64,000 nucleotides of DNA from an uncultured candidate division Zixibacteria bacterium. Its GTDB lineage: Bacteria > Zixibacteria > MSB-5A5 > GN15 > FEB-12. The stretch covers positions 1,568,001 through 1,632,000 of the forward strand of contig OY760907.1 of the NCBI GenBank assembly GCA_963664195.1, given 5' to 3'. The translations under genes and the position numbers were made by a program. This document shows positions 8,559 to 19,554 of this stretch, piece after piece. Below the pieces are notes generated by a model that did no database searches, had not been told where the DNA came from, and saw nothing but the letters and a program-made list of their open reading frames with translations. Position 1 is the first letter of the stretch, and each line of letters begins with the position of its first letter.

Positions 8559-11522
8559 ATGAAGCTGAACGGCAGACAATACTGGCGCTCGTTGAATCAA
8601 CTGGCAGATACGGAAGAATTCCGTGAGTTCCTGCATCGCGAGTTTCCCAAAGGGACCGCCGAACTGGCGCAGGATAACAGTTGGTCGCGCAGGAGTTTCC
8701 TGACGACTATGGGGGCGTCGCTGGCTCTGGCCGGCTTGACCGGCTGCCGCCGTCCGGTGGAAAAGATTGTGCCGTACGTGACGCGCCCCGAGGAAGTTAA
8801 CCCCGGCGTTCCCAATCAGTACGCCACGACAATGCCGATGGGGACCGGTGCCTACGGTCTGGTGGTGACGTCGCATGAGGGAAGACCGACCAAAATCGAA
8901 GGCAATGCGCTGCATCCGTCATCGCGTGGGTCGGTCAATCCGATAGTGCAGGCCTCGATTCTGAATCTGTACGATCCGGACCGCTCGCAGTCGGTGCTGA
9001 AGCAGGGGCGAGGGGTTTCGTATGAGGATTTCCTCACCTTCTGGAGCGAACAGGCCGGGCGTTATGATTCGAGCAGGGGGGCGGGGCTGGCGGTATTGGC
9101 GGAGTCTTTTGCATCGCCGACTATGGCCCGCCTGAAAAAGCAGTTTGAATCCGAGTTCCCACAGGCCCAATGGGTGACCTGGGAGCCTGTCAGTGACGAG
9201 AACGGGTTTGCCGGTATCGAGGCGGCGACAGGACAGTCGCTGAAGCCGGTACATGATTACAGCAAGGCCAAAGTGATTCTGTCGCTGGATTGCGATTTCC
9301 TGGGACATGAATCCAACGCTATTGCTGCCACTCGCGGCTTCTCAGAGGGCCGACGGGTTACGAGTCAGTCCGATGACATGAATCGCCTCTATATTGTAGA
9401 GAGTGCTCTTTCGACTACCGGCATGATGGCGGATCACCGTCTGCGAATGAAATCGGCGCTGGTTGGCCGGTTTGTGCAGGCGCTGGCCTCGGAGCTGAAT
9501 GCTGCGGGCGTGAAAACCGGATTCGGTGGCGACTCCGGCTCGAGTGACTTCGATTCAAAATGGGTGAGAACCCTGGCGAAAGATCTCGCCGGCGCCGGAA
9601 GCAAGGCTCTTGTTGTGGCCGGGCGACGTCAACCGGCGGCGGTTCATGCAATGGTGTGCGCGCTCAACGCCGTGCTGGATTCAAAGGCGGTTGAATATCG
9701 CGGGATGGCGGGGACTGAGGTTTCCGATAGTCTTGCGTTCGTCGGTCTTGTTGACAAAATGAAGGCGGGGCAGATTGAAACCCTCGTGATGCTTGGCGGC
9801 AACCCGGTTTACAACGCGCCGGTTGATCACCAGTTCCCGTTTGCGCTGAGCAAAGTCAAGCAGACGATTCACCTGGCGAGCCATGTCGATGAGACCTCGG
9901 CGCGATGCACCTGGCATATTCCGAGAGCGCATTATCTCGAAAGCTGGGGCGATGCGCGTTCGATTGATGACACGCTGAGTGTCGTTCAGCCGCTGCTTGA
10001 GCCGCTCTATGATGGTAAGGCCGATGTTGAGTTCCTTTCGGCACTGATTACCGGGATGGCAGCTACGGGATATGAGCTCGTGCGTGAGACATGGAAGTCG
10101 GCGCTTGAGGGTGGAGATTTTGAGAAGAAATGGCGTCGCGTATTGCACGATGGTGTCTATGCAGGCGGCACTGCTGCAACCAAACCGAGAGTGAATAGCA
10201 AGGCCGTCGAGGCTCTGACGATCCCCGAGTCATCGGGTATTGAGATCGCGTTTTATCCTTCGGTGGTGTTTGACGGTCGTTTTGCTAACAACGGTTGGTT
10301 GCAGGAGCTGCCGGACGCCGTGACGAAAATCGCCTGGGACAATGTTGCGCTGTTCTCCCCGAAAACGGCCGAAGCCAGCCATGTTGAAAACGGCGATGTT
10401 GTGAAGCTGGAAATCGACGGTCGGGTTCTGGAGATGGCGGCGTTCATCTCACCGGGACAGGCTGATGATTCGATTGCAGTCGCGCTCGGCTACGGGCGTA
10501 GTGCTGCCGGGCGTGTCGGCAACGAGGTCGGGTTTGATACGTTCACACTGCGGACCGCTGCGGCGCCATACTTTGCGTCGGGTCTAAAGATATCCAAAAC
10601 CGAGCGTACGCATGTTCTTGCCAACACACAGGATCACGGCAGTATGGAGGGGCGCGCGATTGTTAGCGAGAATACGCTGGCTGGATACAGGGAGAAGGCT
10701 GAGTTCTTCCCTGAAGGTGTTGAGCACCCACCGCTGCTGCCGCTGTGGGACGAGCATCCTTACAAAAAAGGCTACCAGTGGGGGATGTCAATCGATCTGA
10801 ATTCCTGTGTTGGCTGCAACGCTTGTGTGACGGCCTGCCAGAGTGAAAACAATATACCGGTTATTGGTAAAGAGCAGGTGCGCAAGGGTCGCGAGATGCA
10901 CTGGATGCGTCTTGATCGATATTATGCCGGTGAGCCGGATGATCCCGAAGTGGTTGTACAGCCGATGACCTGCCAGCAATGCGAAATGGCACCATGCGAA
11001 GCGGTCTGCCCGGTGGCGGCCACGGTTCACGATGACGAAGGGCTCAACGTGATGGTGTACAATCGCTGCATCGGGACGCGGTACTGTTCCAACAACTGTC
11101 CCTACAAAGTCAGACGCTTCAACTTCTTTAACTACACCAAGGATCTTCCGGAGGTCGTCCAGATGGTGCAGAATCCGGAGGTTACGGTGCGGTCCCGTGG
11201 TGTGATGGAGAAGTGTTCGTATTGTATTCAGCGGATTAACATGACTAAGATCACAGCCAAGAACGAGGGACGTGAAGTCAAGGACGGCGAAATCCAGACC
11301 GCCTGTCAGCAGGCCTGTCCTGCGAAAGCAATCGTGTTTGGCAATATCAACGACCCGGAGAGCGAGGTTTCGAAGCTGAAGGAGAACGACAGAACATACC
11401 GGGTGCTCGAGGAACTGAATCTGAAGCCGCGTACAAGCTATTTGGCGAAACTGCGCAATCCGCATCCGGATCTTGAGAAGACAAAGCATGACAACGACCA
11501 CCGGTCAGAAGCGGCCGGGTAG
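8559..11522 (+). CDS. actB: Alternative complex III subunit ActB (molybdopterin oxidoreductase-like domain + Fe-S domain, Tat/lipoprotein signal)
   Basis: YWRSL, SRRSFL twin-arginine motif, LTGC lipobox, [45 protein letters not shown]; start placed at ATG 8559. Confidence 0.93.
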   Translation: MKLNGRQYWRSLNQLADTEEFREFLHREFPKGTAELAQDNSWSRRSFLTTMGASLALAGLTGCRRPVEKIVPYVTRPEEVNPGVPNQYATTMPMGTGAYGLVVTSHEGRPTKIEGNALHPSSRGSVNPIVQASILNLYDPDRSQSVLKQGRGVSYEDFLTFWSEQAGRYDSSRGAGLAVLAESFASPTMARLKKQFESEFPQAQWVTWEPVSDENGFAGIEAATGQSLKPVHDYSKAKVILSLDCDFLGHESNAIAATRGFSEGRRVTSQSDDMNRLYIVESALSTTGMMADHRLRMKSALVGRFVQALASELNAAGVKTGFGGDSGSSDFDSKWVRTLAKDLAGAGSKALVVAGRRQPAAVHAMVCALNAVLDSKAVEYRGMAGTEVSDSLAFVGLVDKMKAGQIETLVMLGGNPVYNAPVDHQFPFALSKVKQTIHLASHVDETSARCTWHIPRAHYLESWGDARSIDDTLSVVQPLLEPLYDGKADVEFLSALITGMAATGYELVRETWKSALEGGDFEKKWRRVLHDGVYAGGTAATKPRVNSKAVEALTIPESSGIEIAFYPSVVFDGRFANNGWLQELPDAVTKIAWDNVALFSPKTAEASHVENGDVVKLEIDGRVLEMAAFISPGQADDSIAVALGYGRSAAGRVGNEVGFDTFTLRTAAAPYFASGLKISKTERTHVLANTQDHGSMEGRAIVSENTLAGYREKAEFFPEGVEHPPLLPLWDEHPYKKGYQWGMSIDLNSCVGCNACVTACQSENNIPVIGKEQVRKGREMHWMRLDRYYAGEPDDPEVVVQPMTCQQCEMAPCEAVCPVAATVHDDEGLNVMVYNRCIGTRYCSNNCPYKVRRFNFFNYTKDLPEVVQMVQNPEVTVRSRGVMEKCSYCIQRINMTKITAKNEGREVKDGEIQTACQQACPAKAIVFGNINDPESEVSKLKENDRTYRVLEELNLKPRTSYLAKLRNPHPDLEKTKHDNDHRSEAAG

Positions 11523-11527
11523 AGTAT

Positions 11528-12919
11528 ATGGAAGCTGCAGATAAAACAATGCAGGCATCGCACGCGTCGCACGCCGACCCGCCGTTGATTGAGGGGCGAC
11601 CGACTTTCAAGGCGATAACGGACAAGGTCGCCGGGCTGACGGAACGCAAGACCACAATTACGTGGCTGGCCGCGTTTGGCGCAGCCGGGTCACTGGCCTT
11701 GATCCTGCTAGGTTCGATCGGATACCTCGTATATGAGGGCGTAGGCGTCTGGGGGCTGAACGTGCCGGTTGCCTGGGGCTGGGCGATTGTCAATTTTGTC
11801 TTCTGGGTCGGTATCGGTCACGCCGGGACGCTGATTTCGGCGATCCTGTTTTTGTTCCGTCAGCATTGGCGGACCTCGATCAATCGGTTCGCCGAAGGCA
11901 TGACGATCTTTGCGGTAATATGCGCGCTGGTTTTCCCAGGTATTCACGTCGGTCGTGTCTGGGTAGTGCACTGGATTTTCCCGCTGCCGAATCAGATGAG
12001 TATGTGGCCGAATTTCCGCAGCCCGCTTTTGTGGGATGTGTTTGCGGTGTCAATCTACTTCGCCTGCTCCCTGTTGTTTTGGTACACGGGACTGATTCCC
12101 GACCTGGCCACAATGCGTGACCGTGCCACAACGAAAATCCGACAGTTTGTGCTGGGGATCTTTTCGCTCGGCTGGCGCGGCGGGAATCGCCAGTGGAAGC
12201 ATTATGAGTTGGCGTATTTGATTTTGGCCGGCGTGTCGACTCCGCTGGTGCTTTCGGTGCATTCGGTGGTGAGTACGGACTTTGCGGTCTCTATTGTGCC
12301 GGGTTGGCACACGACGATTTTCCCGCCGTATTTTGTGGCAGGCGCGATTTTCTCCGGATTCGCAATGGTGATGACGCTGGCCGTGATCACCCGCAAGCTG
12401 TTCAAACTCGAACATATCATCACGCGACTCCACCTTGAGAAGATGAACAAGATTATGTTGCTGACCGGCATGATGGTTGGTTATGCATACGGGTGTGAGT
12501 TTTTCATCGCGTGGTACAGTGGCAATATCACCGAGCAGTTCACGTTTATCAATCGTGCGTTTGGACCGTACGCCTGGGCGTATTGGATTATGGTGTCATG
12601 CAATGTTCTGGTGCCACAGATATTCTGGTTTAAGAAGCTTCGGAATGCAATCCCAGTGATGTTTATCGCCTCGATCTTCATTAATATCGGTATGTGGTTT
12701 GAGCGGTTCGTGATTGTTATGTCGCTGGCGCGTGACTATCTGCCCTCGAGCTGGGGCTACTACACTCCCTCAATTTGGGACGTGATGACGTTTGTCGGAT
12801 CGTTTGGACTGTTCTTCACGCTGTTCCTTTTGTTCACGCGGTTTATGCCGATTGTGTCCATGACTGAGGTCAAGGGTGTATTGCCCCAGGCCTCTCCGCA
12901 TCATGAGGGGGATCACTAA
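11528..12919 (+). CDS. actC: Alternative complex III quinol-binding NrfD-family subunit ActC
   Basis: [58 protein letters not shown]. Confidence 0.94.
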   Translation: MEAADKTMQASHASHADPPLIEGRPTFKAITDKVAGLTERKTTITWLAAFGAAGSLALILLGSIGYLVYEGVGVWGLNVPVAWGWAIVNFVFWVGIGHAGTLISAILFLFRQHWRTSINRFAEGMTIFAVICALVFPGIHVGRVWVVHWIFPLPNQMSMWPNFRSPLLWDVFAVSIYFACSLLFWYTGLIPDLATMRDRATTKIRQFVLGIFSLGWRGGNRQWKHYELAYLILAGVSTPLVLSVHSVVSTDFAVSIVPGWHTTIFPPYFVAGAIFSGFAMVMTLAVITRKLFKLEHIITRLHLEKMNKIMLLTGMMVGYAYGCEFFIAWYSGNITEQFTFINRAFGPYAWAYWIMVSCNVLVPQIFWFKKLRNAIPVMFIASIFINIGMWFERFVIVMSLARDYLPSSWGYYTPSIWDVMTFVGSFGLFFTLFLLFTRFMPIVSMTEVKGVLPQASPHHEGDH

Positions 12920-13467
12920 TGAGCAATGGTGTGAAAAACAACGTGTACTCTGTGTTGGCGGAGTTTGACGATCCCGGAGCGCTGTTGCACGCGGCTGAGA
13001 AAGTTCGTGATGAGGGATACGAGAAGTTTGACTGTCATTCGCCTTTTCCGATCCACGGTATGGATGCCGCGATGGGATTGAAGCGTTCGCCGGTAGGGTA
13101 TATCGCGGGTATCTGTGGTTTTCTGGGCGGAGCGTTCGGGTTCTGGCTGCAGTGGTGGACAAGTGCGGTTGATTACCCGATGGTCATCTCCGGCAAGCCG
13201 TTTTTCAGTTTCCAGGCGTTCATGATCGTGACGTTCGGATTGACGGTACTGGGGGCGGCCTTCGGTGCCGTGATCAGTATGCTGATGATCAATCGTCTGC
13301 CGCAGTTTTTTCACGGGAATTTCTATTCGAAGACGTTTGCGAAAGTCACCGACGACGGTTTCGTAGTAAGCATTGAGGCGGATGATCCGAAGTTCGATCA
13401 GGACAAAACGCGGAGTTTCCTGGAGTCCATTGGCGGGAAAAACGTGGAGGTAATAACAGGTCCATGA
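12919..13467 (+). CDS. actD: Alternative complex III subunit ActD (DUF3341)
   Basis: AEFDDP...DCHSPFPIHGMD, two TM helices, YPMVISGKP. Confidence 0.9.
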   Translation: MSNGVKNNVYSVLAEFDDPGALLHAAEKVRDEGYEKFDCHSPFPIHGMDAAMGLKRSPVGYIAGICGFLGGAFGFWLQWWTSAVDYPMVISGKPFFSFQAFMIVTFGLTVLGAAFGAVISMLMINRLPQFFHGNFYSKTFAKVTDDGFVVSIEADDPKFDQDKTRSFLESIGGKNVEVITGP

Positions 13468-14132
13468 CCCGCGAGCGTGTTTCATTGAAAGGGGAAAGGC
13501 AGGTGCCTGTCGTGTCAAAGATGACGACCGGCTTGTCGCTGGTGTTGCTTGCTGTGGCCGTGTTGTCAGCCGGTCTGTTGAGCGGGTGCGGGCGAGGAGA
13601 GACTTTCGAAGATCCCCCGATTCATCTGGTACCAAACATGGATGAACAGCCCAAATACAAAACGCAGTCCGAGAGCCGGTTCTATGCCGACGGTCTGGCG
13701 ATGCGTGAGCCGGTCGAGGGTACGGTAGCGCGTGGGTGGCTTCGCGAAGATGTCGCTTTTTTCACCGGCAAGCATGAGAACGGTCGGCTGGTGCAGGAGA
13801 ATCCGCTGACGGTCAACGCGGAATTGCTCGCACGAGGGAAGGGGCGATTTGGCATCTTCTGTGCGCCCTGCCACGGGTCGATAGGCGACGGCAATAGCAA
13901 GGTAGTGGAGAAGGGGATGCTTCGGCCGCCGAATTTCCATTTGCAGCGGTTGCGGGATACGGCTGACGGCCATTTCTTCGACGTGATTACCAACGGTGTG
14001 CGCAACATGCCGCCTTACAAATACCAGATTCCGGTGGAAGATCGCTGGGCGATTGTCGGATATCTCCGTGCGCTTCAGCAAGAACACCCGGTGGCACCCG
14101 AGCCGAAGCCGGAGACGGCATCAAATCAATAA
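13464..14132 (+). CDS. actE: Alternative complex III monoheme cytochrome c lipoprotein ActE
   Basis: LLSGC lipobox, NMDEQPKYK, single CAPCH, DRWAIVGYLRALQ; true start may be 13521. Confidence 0.9.
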   Translation: MTRERVSLKGERQVPVVSKMTTGLSLVLLAVAVLSAGLLSGCGRGETFEDPPIHLVPNMDEQPKYKTQSESRFYADGLAMREPVEGTVARGWLREDVAFFTGKHENGRLVQENPLTVNAELLARGKGRFGIFCAPCHGSIGDGNSKVVEKGMLRPPNFHLQRLRDTADGHFFDVITNGVRNMPPYKYQIPVEDRWAIVGYLRALQQEHPVAPEPKPETASNQ

Positions 14133-14146
14133 GTGGTTGAGAGTAG

Positions 14147-15328
14147 ATGAAGTTCGACGCAAAAACATATCGGCTGACCGAAAAGGGCAAGTTTGAGTGG
14201 ATTGCCGGGGGAATCGGCATGCTTGGGCTGGTGCTCACGTGGGTTGCTGTGCTCACCGATTGGCCGCGGCTGGCTCATGCTCACCTGACAGCGGCCGTGT
14301 TCTGGACATCGCTCGGACTTGGCGGACTGTTCTTCACGATGCTTCATCACCTGACCAACGCCAAATGGAGTGTGGCGCTGAGGCGGATATCCGAAAACCT
14401 GATGCTGCAGCTTCCGTTGATGGCCCTGGCGTTTCTGCCTATACTCTTCGACTTGCACGATCTGTATCACTGGTCGCACGAGGAGGCAGTGGCTCATGAT
14501 GCGATTCTCCAGGCGAAGTCCGGCTATCTAAACGCACCGTTTTTCGTGGTCAGGACTGTGGGGTATTTCGTCATTTGGTCTGTGCTGGCTTTTGCGCTGT
14601 ATCGAGTGTCGCTGAAGCAGGACAAGGGGCATACCGAAGAACACCGTGCGAAGATGCGCAAGCTGTCCGCGATCGGCATGCTGCTGTTTGCCCCCACGAT
14701 TACCTTTGCGTCTTACGACTGGCTGATGTCGATTGAGCCGCACTGGTTCTCGACCATTTTCGGCGTGTATTTCTTTGGCGGGGTCTTCTTTGGATTCCTG
14801 GCGTTGTTGACCGGAATTTGTGTTCTGCTGAGACAGAAGAATGTGCTTCGCGGTATTGTGACGCGGGAGCACTTCCATGATCTGGGCAAGTTCATGCTCG
14901 GTTTCGTCATCTTCTGGTCATATATCGGTTTTTCGCAGTATTTCCTCATCTGGTACGGCAACGTGCCTGAGGAGACCTACTGGTATTTGATGCGCTGGGA
15001 GGGAAGTTGGAAGACGGTCAGTATGATTCTCATACTTGGCCATTTCGCGCTGCCGTTTGTTGTGCTGCTGTTCCAGCGGATCAAGCGCAGCATGACGGTG
15101 ATGGCTATTGTGTCGATCTGGTTCCTCGTCGTGCACTGGATTGATTTGTACTGGCTAGTGTATCCGACCTTCATGAAGGAGGGGGCCGGCTTTACGTGGA
15201 TTGAAGTAGCCCCGATGATGCTGATTGGCGGCGTGTTCATGGTCGGGTTCTGGCGACGGATGACCTCGCAGCCGGTGGTTCCCGTGGGTGATCCGCATCT
15301 GAAAACCTCGATCGAGCACACGACTTAG
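14147..15328 (+). CDS. actF: Alternative complex III membrane subunit ActF
   Basis: Polytopic membrane protein; DWLMSIEPHWFSTIFG, HFHDLGK, FSQYFLIWYGNVPEET. Confidence 0.9.
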   Translation: MKFDAKTYRLTEKGKFEWIAGGIGMLGLVLTWVAVLTDWPRLAHAHLTAAVFWTSLGLGGLFFTMLHHLTNAKWSVALRRISENLMLQLPLMALAFLPILFDLHDLYHWSHEEAVAHDAILQAKSGYLNAPFFVVRTVGYFVIWSVLAFALYRVSLKQDKGHTEEHRAKMRKLSAIGMLLFAPTITFASYDWLMSIEPHWFSTIFGVYFFGGVFFGFLALLTGICVLLRQKNVLRGIVTREHFHDLGKFMLGFVIFWSYIGFSQYFLIWYGNVPEETYWYLMRWEGSWKTVSMILILGHFALPFVVLLFQRIKRSMTVMAIVSIWFLVVHWIDLYWLVYPTFMKEGAGFTWIEVAPMMLIGGVFMVGFWRRMTSQPVVPVGDPHLKTSIEHTT

Positions 15329-15563
15329 CGGCACGACGAGCCGATTCCAAACACACATGCGACAGGACGACTTCGTCCGACAGCTCTGGAAGCATGTGCC
15401 TCTCACATGAACAGTTTTAGTCCGGGTGTGTGTCATACTGCCACGAACTTGTGAGCGAATCTAACGTATAACCCTGCAATCACAACGATTTTCATTTTGG
15501 CATCCGGTTTGTATGTTGTATTGTCGTTAACGTATTCAAACACAAGGAGACAGGCAGAGGGAC

Positions 15564-17969
15564 ATGAAGAAAGCGCTCACCATACTATCGATACTCGGAT
15601 TTCTATTCATTTTTGACGCTGACTACGGACATACTTCCGGGAATGACGATGGCGGTCGCATGGTTGTCGAGGGGACAATCTTCGATGCCGAGACCAACGA
15701 CCCGATACCGTTTGCCACTGTGCGCGTGCTCGGAACCGGCAAGTCTACGCTGGCCAACGACGACGGGCAATATCGGCTGGTGCTTCACGGCGACGGTCAC
15801 AATCTGAAATTTAGCCATGTTTCTCACTATTCGGAAGAGATGCAGGTTTCTGGTCCGGAGTCGATTTCGGGGCTGGACATTCACCTGCGTTCAAATCTGG
15901 TGAATATTGGCGAGTTCAAGGTTTATACCCGTGCGTATGATCCCGGGCAAATGATCATCCTTGAGGCGATCAAACGCAAAGAAGATATCCTTACGAAAAT
16001 CCATGACTACCGATACGACGCCTATATCAAGCTCAACGTCACCGATGAAAGCAAAGAGGACTCGACCGAGATTCTTCTGCTGACCGAGACTCAGACAACA
16101 GCCTATTGGGAGTATCCTGACAAATACAAAGAAGTGATCACGGCTCGGCGACAGTCTTCAAATTTGGACGCGGAGGACAACCTCGTCACGGTCGGCAATA
16201 TCCTGAATTTCAACCAGAATCGGCTTGAGATCGGACCGTACTCCATGGTCACGCCGACTGCCGACGACGCACTGAATCATTACAACTACTACCTGGTCGA
16301 CACGGTTCTGTTTAACGACAATCCTGTGTTTGTGCTGGAGATCGAACCCAAGAACCCGAACCTGCCGCTTTTCAAAGGCTCCATCTACATTGCGGATTCA
16401 ACGTACGATGTGGTGCAGGTGGAGGTTGAGTTTAGTGACGGGGTTGATTTCCCGATGATAGTCGATCCCAAGTACTCCCAGCGGTTTGCGCAGTTCGAGG
16501 ACGAGTACTGGATGCCGATTGAGATCAAGTTTTCGGCCAAGTTCAAAATCGATGTACCATTGCCTTCGGTGCCGGATCTAATCGGCTTGAGCCACACCGC
16601 GTCGTTGTACGATTATGTGTTTGACGTTGGATATGACGATGTATTCGATGAGTACGCTCTGGAAGTTGCGGAGGCGGCGGATGACTATGATTCAACGGCC
16701 TGGTTTGCGCGGCAGACGATTCCGCTGACTGCGGACGAAATAGAGGGATATGCACGGATTGATTCTATCGAGAACGTGCCGCCTTCGGTCAAAGATGTTG
16801 TTCTCGGAGCTACTTTTGCCTCGCTGATGCTGGCCTCCGGTGAGGCAGGGGACTTTTTCAGATTCAATCGGGTGGAGGGTCCGTATGTAGGAATCGGCCT
16901 TACCAGAGATCGTCTGATCAAAGACACGGAAATCAGGTTCAAGACGGGTTATGCCATCGACGCTAAGCGCTGGGAGCACCAGTTTGGTGTTACTCATCGT
17001 TTTCACCGGAAGCAGAAGCTCGATCTCGGGTTTGATGTTTTCAGTCGGATCAAGCACCGGCCTGCGCTGTTTGCCGGTGAAGATGACAACTCGACATTCT
17101 TTGCGCTCTGGGACCAGACCGACCAATTCGATTATTACCGTACCCGTGGAATTGAGCTATTCGGGTCAGTGAAACTGCTTGATCATACTCGTCTGAAGCT
17201 GACTTATCATGACTCGCGCGATTTCTCAATCCACGAAAACACGGACTTCAGCTTCTTCGGTGATGACACTCTCGCAGTGCGACGGAATCCTGGAATTCGA
17301 GAGGGCAAGCTCCGGTCGATTTCAGCGGACTTCTCGTTCGATTCCCGCAGCCTGTTTTCCAACAAGGGACGTGATGTCATAATCGATGACGTACAATATT
17401 CGCAATTGAAAATCGGGGTCGAGTACGCCTCGCCGGACCTGATTGGCAACGACTTTGATTATACGAGGTACTTTGTCTCGGCGAAGCGACGGCAGCGAAC
17501 ACTTGGTTTGGGAGTGACGACGTTCAATGCTTATGCCGGTGGATCGGAAGGAACTCTGCCTCCACAGCGGTATTTCTCGGTCGATTTCAGCGACCCGGTT
17601 CTGGCAACGCTCACTCAGCCGCAGACGCTTGATCAGGAGAGTTTCGGAGGTAGCAGAGTGTTGGCCCTTTCCTTCCGTCACCAGTTCAGGCGACGCCTCT
17701 GGGTGCAGAGCGGAATACCGGTGATTAAGGACATACCGTTCTGGCTCGGTGTTCACGGCGGGGTCTTCTGGACGGATTTTGAGAATCACGTTTCTCAACC
17801 GGAGGACGACCTCATAAGGAATGCGGGAAAGCCATATCGTGAGCTTGGTTTCTCGATTGGAAACCTCACGCCGTTTATTGCTCCCCTGAACCTTGCTCTC
17901 GGTTTCACCTGGCAACTGTCGGACTACGACACGAGCGACTACAGCGTCATGTTCGGGTTCGAGTTCTAA
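15564..17969 (+). CDS. Outer-membrane protein, carboxypeptidase-regulatory-like domain + DUF5686-like barrel
   Basis: Signal peptide; GTIFDAETNDPIPFATV; YNYYLVDT...FKGSIYI; FRFNRVEG; C-terminal Phe. Confidence 0.7.
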   Translation: MKKALTILSILGFLFIFDADYGHTSGNDDGGRMVVEGTIFDAETNDPIPFATVRVLGTGKSTLANDDGQYRLVLHGDGHNLKFSHVSHYSEEMQVSGPESISGLDIHLRSNLVNIGEFKVYTRAYDPGQMIILEAIKRKEDILTKIHDYRYDAYIKLNVTDESKEDSTEILLLTETQTTAYWEYPDKYKEVITARRQSSNLDAEDNLVTVGNILNFNQNRLEIGPYSMVTPTADDALNHYNYYLVDTVLFNDNPVFVLEIEPKNPNLPLFKGSIYIADSTYDVVQVEVEFSDGVDFPMIVDPKYSQRFAQFEDEYWMPIEIKFSAKFKIDVPLPSVPDLIGLSHTASLYDYVFDVGYDDVFDEYALEVAEAADDYDSTAWFARQTIPLTADEIEGYARIDSIENVPPSVKDVVLGATFASLMLASGEAGDFFRFNRVEGPYVGIGLTRDRLIKDTEIRFKTGYAIDAKRWEHQFGVTHRFHRKQKLDLGFDVFSRIKHRPALFAGEDDNSTFFALWDQTDQFDYYRTRGIELFGSVKLLDHTRLKLTYHDSRDFSIHENTDFSFFGDDTLAVRRNPGIREGKLRSISADFSFDSRSLFSNKGRDVIIDDVQYSQLKIGVEYASPDLIGNDFDYTRYFVSAKRRQRTLGLGVTTFNAYAGGSEGTLPPQRYFSVDFSDPVLATLTQPQTLDQESFGGSRVLALSFRHQFRRRLWVQSGIPVIKDIPFWLGVHGGVFWTDFENHVSQPEDDLIRNAGKPYRELGFSIGNLTPFIAPLNLALGFTWQLSDYDTSDYSVMFGFEF

Positions 17970-18149
17970 CTCGTTGTGAGTCTGTCGAATAACACGGGGA
18001 GTGCCGGAAGGCGCTTCCCGTTTCCCATTTACGTGCCTCCCTGTCTCTAAACTATAACTGCGCTGTTCCGATACCTGTACCTATGGGGCCTGCACCATAC
18101 TTGACGCTAACGGCGGGCATAAACAGACTAACAGGCAGACAGTGACAGC

Positions 18150-19388
18150 ATGCTTTCTAAACGTACTTCGAAGATTACTACGCTGATGATATATCTCGGC
18201 ACGCTCATGGTGTCGGTGCTTTCGTTTTTCACCACTTATCAGGGTTTGACCATATTTCTTGACCAGAACCTGGCGCTGGTTGGATCGCTCGGATTGCAGA
18301 TGGCCATGCTCGGGATTGCGTGGAATCTCCTTCGCATGAAACAACATCGGACAGTGTACACGCTGGTGTTTGCTTCGGCGGCGGTGTTTTCGATTTTCTT
18401 CTCCTACGCCAATTTCAATACGCGTTTGAAAGAGAACACTCGTGCCGAGGGTGTCCGTGCGGAGTATGCCGCTGATGCTCGCCCGGTTCTGAGACAATAC
18501 TCGTCGCTAGCCAAGGAAGCCCTTTCGCAGGGACAGTACCAGGTGCAGCGAGTGGCGGATCTTCGCGAGATGGAAGAATCAACCGGCTGGGCGACAGTCG
18601 TTGACGAAGGTTCCGAAGATCCGTTTATCCAGTCGATTATCGATGGTGCCCGGAGGACGGTATCCTCGTGGCAGGACAATCAGGGTAGCAGTTACAAGCA
18701 GGGATCGGGGCAGGGGATTATCTCCAACTACCTGACAAGCTGGTCGGAGCAGGCAGAACGAAATGTTGCGGCTGTGGAAACTTACGCCTCGATGGTTGAC
18801 TCGGTATCCATGCTGCTTTCAAGCGATGTCGAGGTGGCGCGTCAGTATGAACTTGTCAACTATGCGTCGGTACATTTTCCGATAGGTGAATACACCGAGA
18901 TCTTGGCCGAAACGCCGGAGCTTGCCGAGCCGCCGTTTGCGGCCAAGTATGTCGAGAATCCGGCGAACGGTCAGCAGGCGTTGAGAGAGGTAATCGGGGA
19001 TTTATATCCAATGGATCGCCTGTCGCTGTTTTCGCTTCTGTTTGCCATGGTCATAGATTTCATTGTCATTGCGATGGCTCTGTGTGGATCGTACGCCATG
19101 ACTGATATGGATTATATCTTTGCTCGCGTGGAACGTGAGGCGACCCGTCGAATCAAGAAGACACGCCTCGATGATCCCCGCGAGTTCAACGAATCTCTAC
19201 GGGCGAATCTGAACAGTCTCAAGCAGGCCTCGCAATATGGCAAGGCGCTTGATGAAGTGATGCGGGAATTCGAGAACGTGCGGGGGAGAGTTCGACTGAC
19301 GCGAGGTGCGGAAAGCGTCGATAGTGATTACCGTCAGGACCCGCCGGTTGTAGCTTCGCGGATGAGCGAGGAAGAGGCTCGGGGGTAG
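18150..19388 (+). CDS. Hypothetical membrane protein (3 N-terminal TMs, helical soluble region, 1 further TM)
   Basis: 412-aa ORF with host-like codon use and clear hydrophobic segments; no family recognised. Confidence 0.7.
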   Translation: MLSKRTSKITTLMIYLGTLMVSVLSFFTTYQGLTIFLDQNLALVGSLGLQMAMLGIAWNLLRMKQHRTVYTLVFASAAVFSIFFSYANFNTRLKENTRAEGVRAEYAADARPVLRQYSSLAKEALSQGQYQVQRVADLREMEESTGWATVVDEGSEDPFIQSIIDGARRTVSSWQDNQGSSYKQGSGQGIISNYLTSWSEQAERNVAAVETYASMVDSVSMLLSSDVEVARQYELVNYASVHFPIGEYTEILAETPELAEPPFAAKYVENPANGQQALREVIGDLYPMDRLSLFSLLFAMVIDFIVIAMALCGSYAMTDMDYIFARVEREATRRIKKTRLDDPREFNESLRANLNSLKQASQYGKALDEVMREFENVRGRVRLTRGAESVDSDYRQDPPVVASRMSEEEARG

Positions 19389-19481
19389 GGGCAGTAGCAT
19401 AGTAGCGCAGGTCTGTCTTCAGACCTGCGAGGACACTTCGACAGGCTCAGTGTGACTTGCTACCATTGTAGGCAAGATGTG

Positions 19482-19518
19482 TGACCGGCGGGGTTTTATC
19501 CCTGCCGGTCTTTTCATT
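19482..19518 (+). terminator. Intrinsic terminator
   Basis: GACCGGCGGGG-TTTTA-TCCCTGCCGGTC followed by TTTTCATTT, between convergent genes. Confidence 0.7.
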
Positions 19519-19554
19519 TGAAATCGGAGTGTCTATCGAGCAAACGGTACGACG

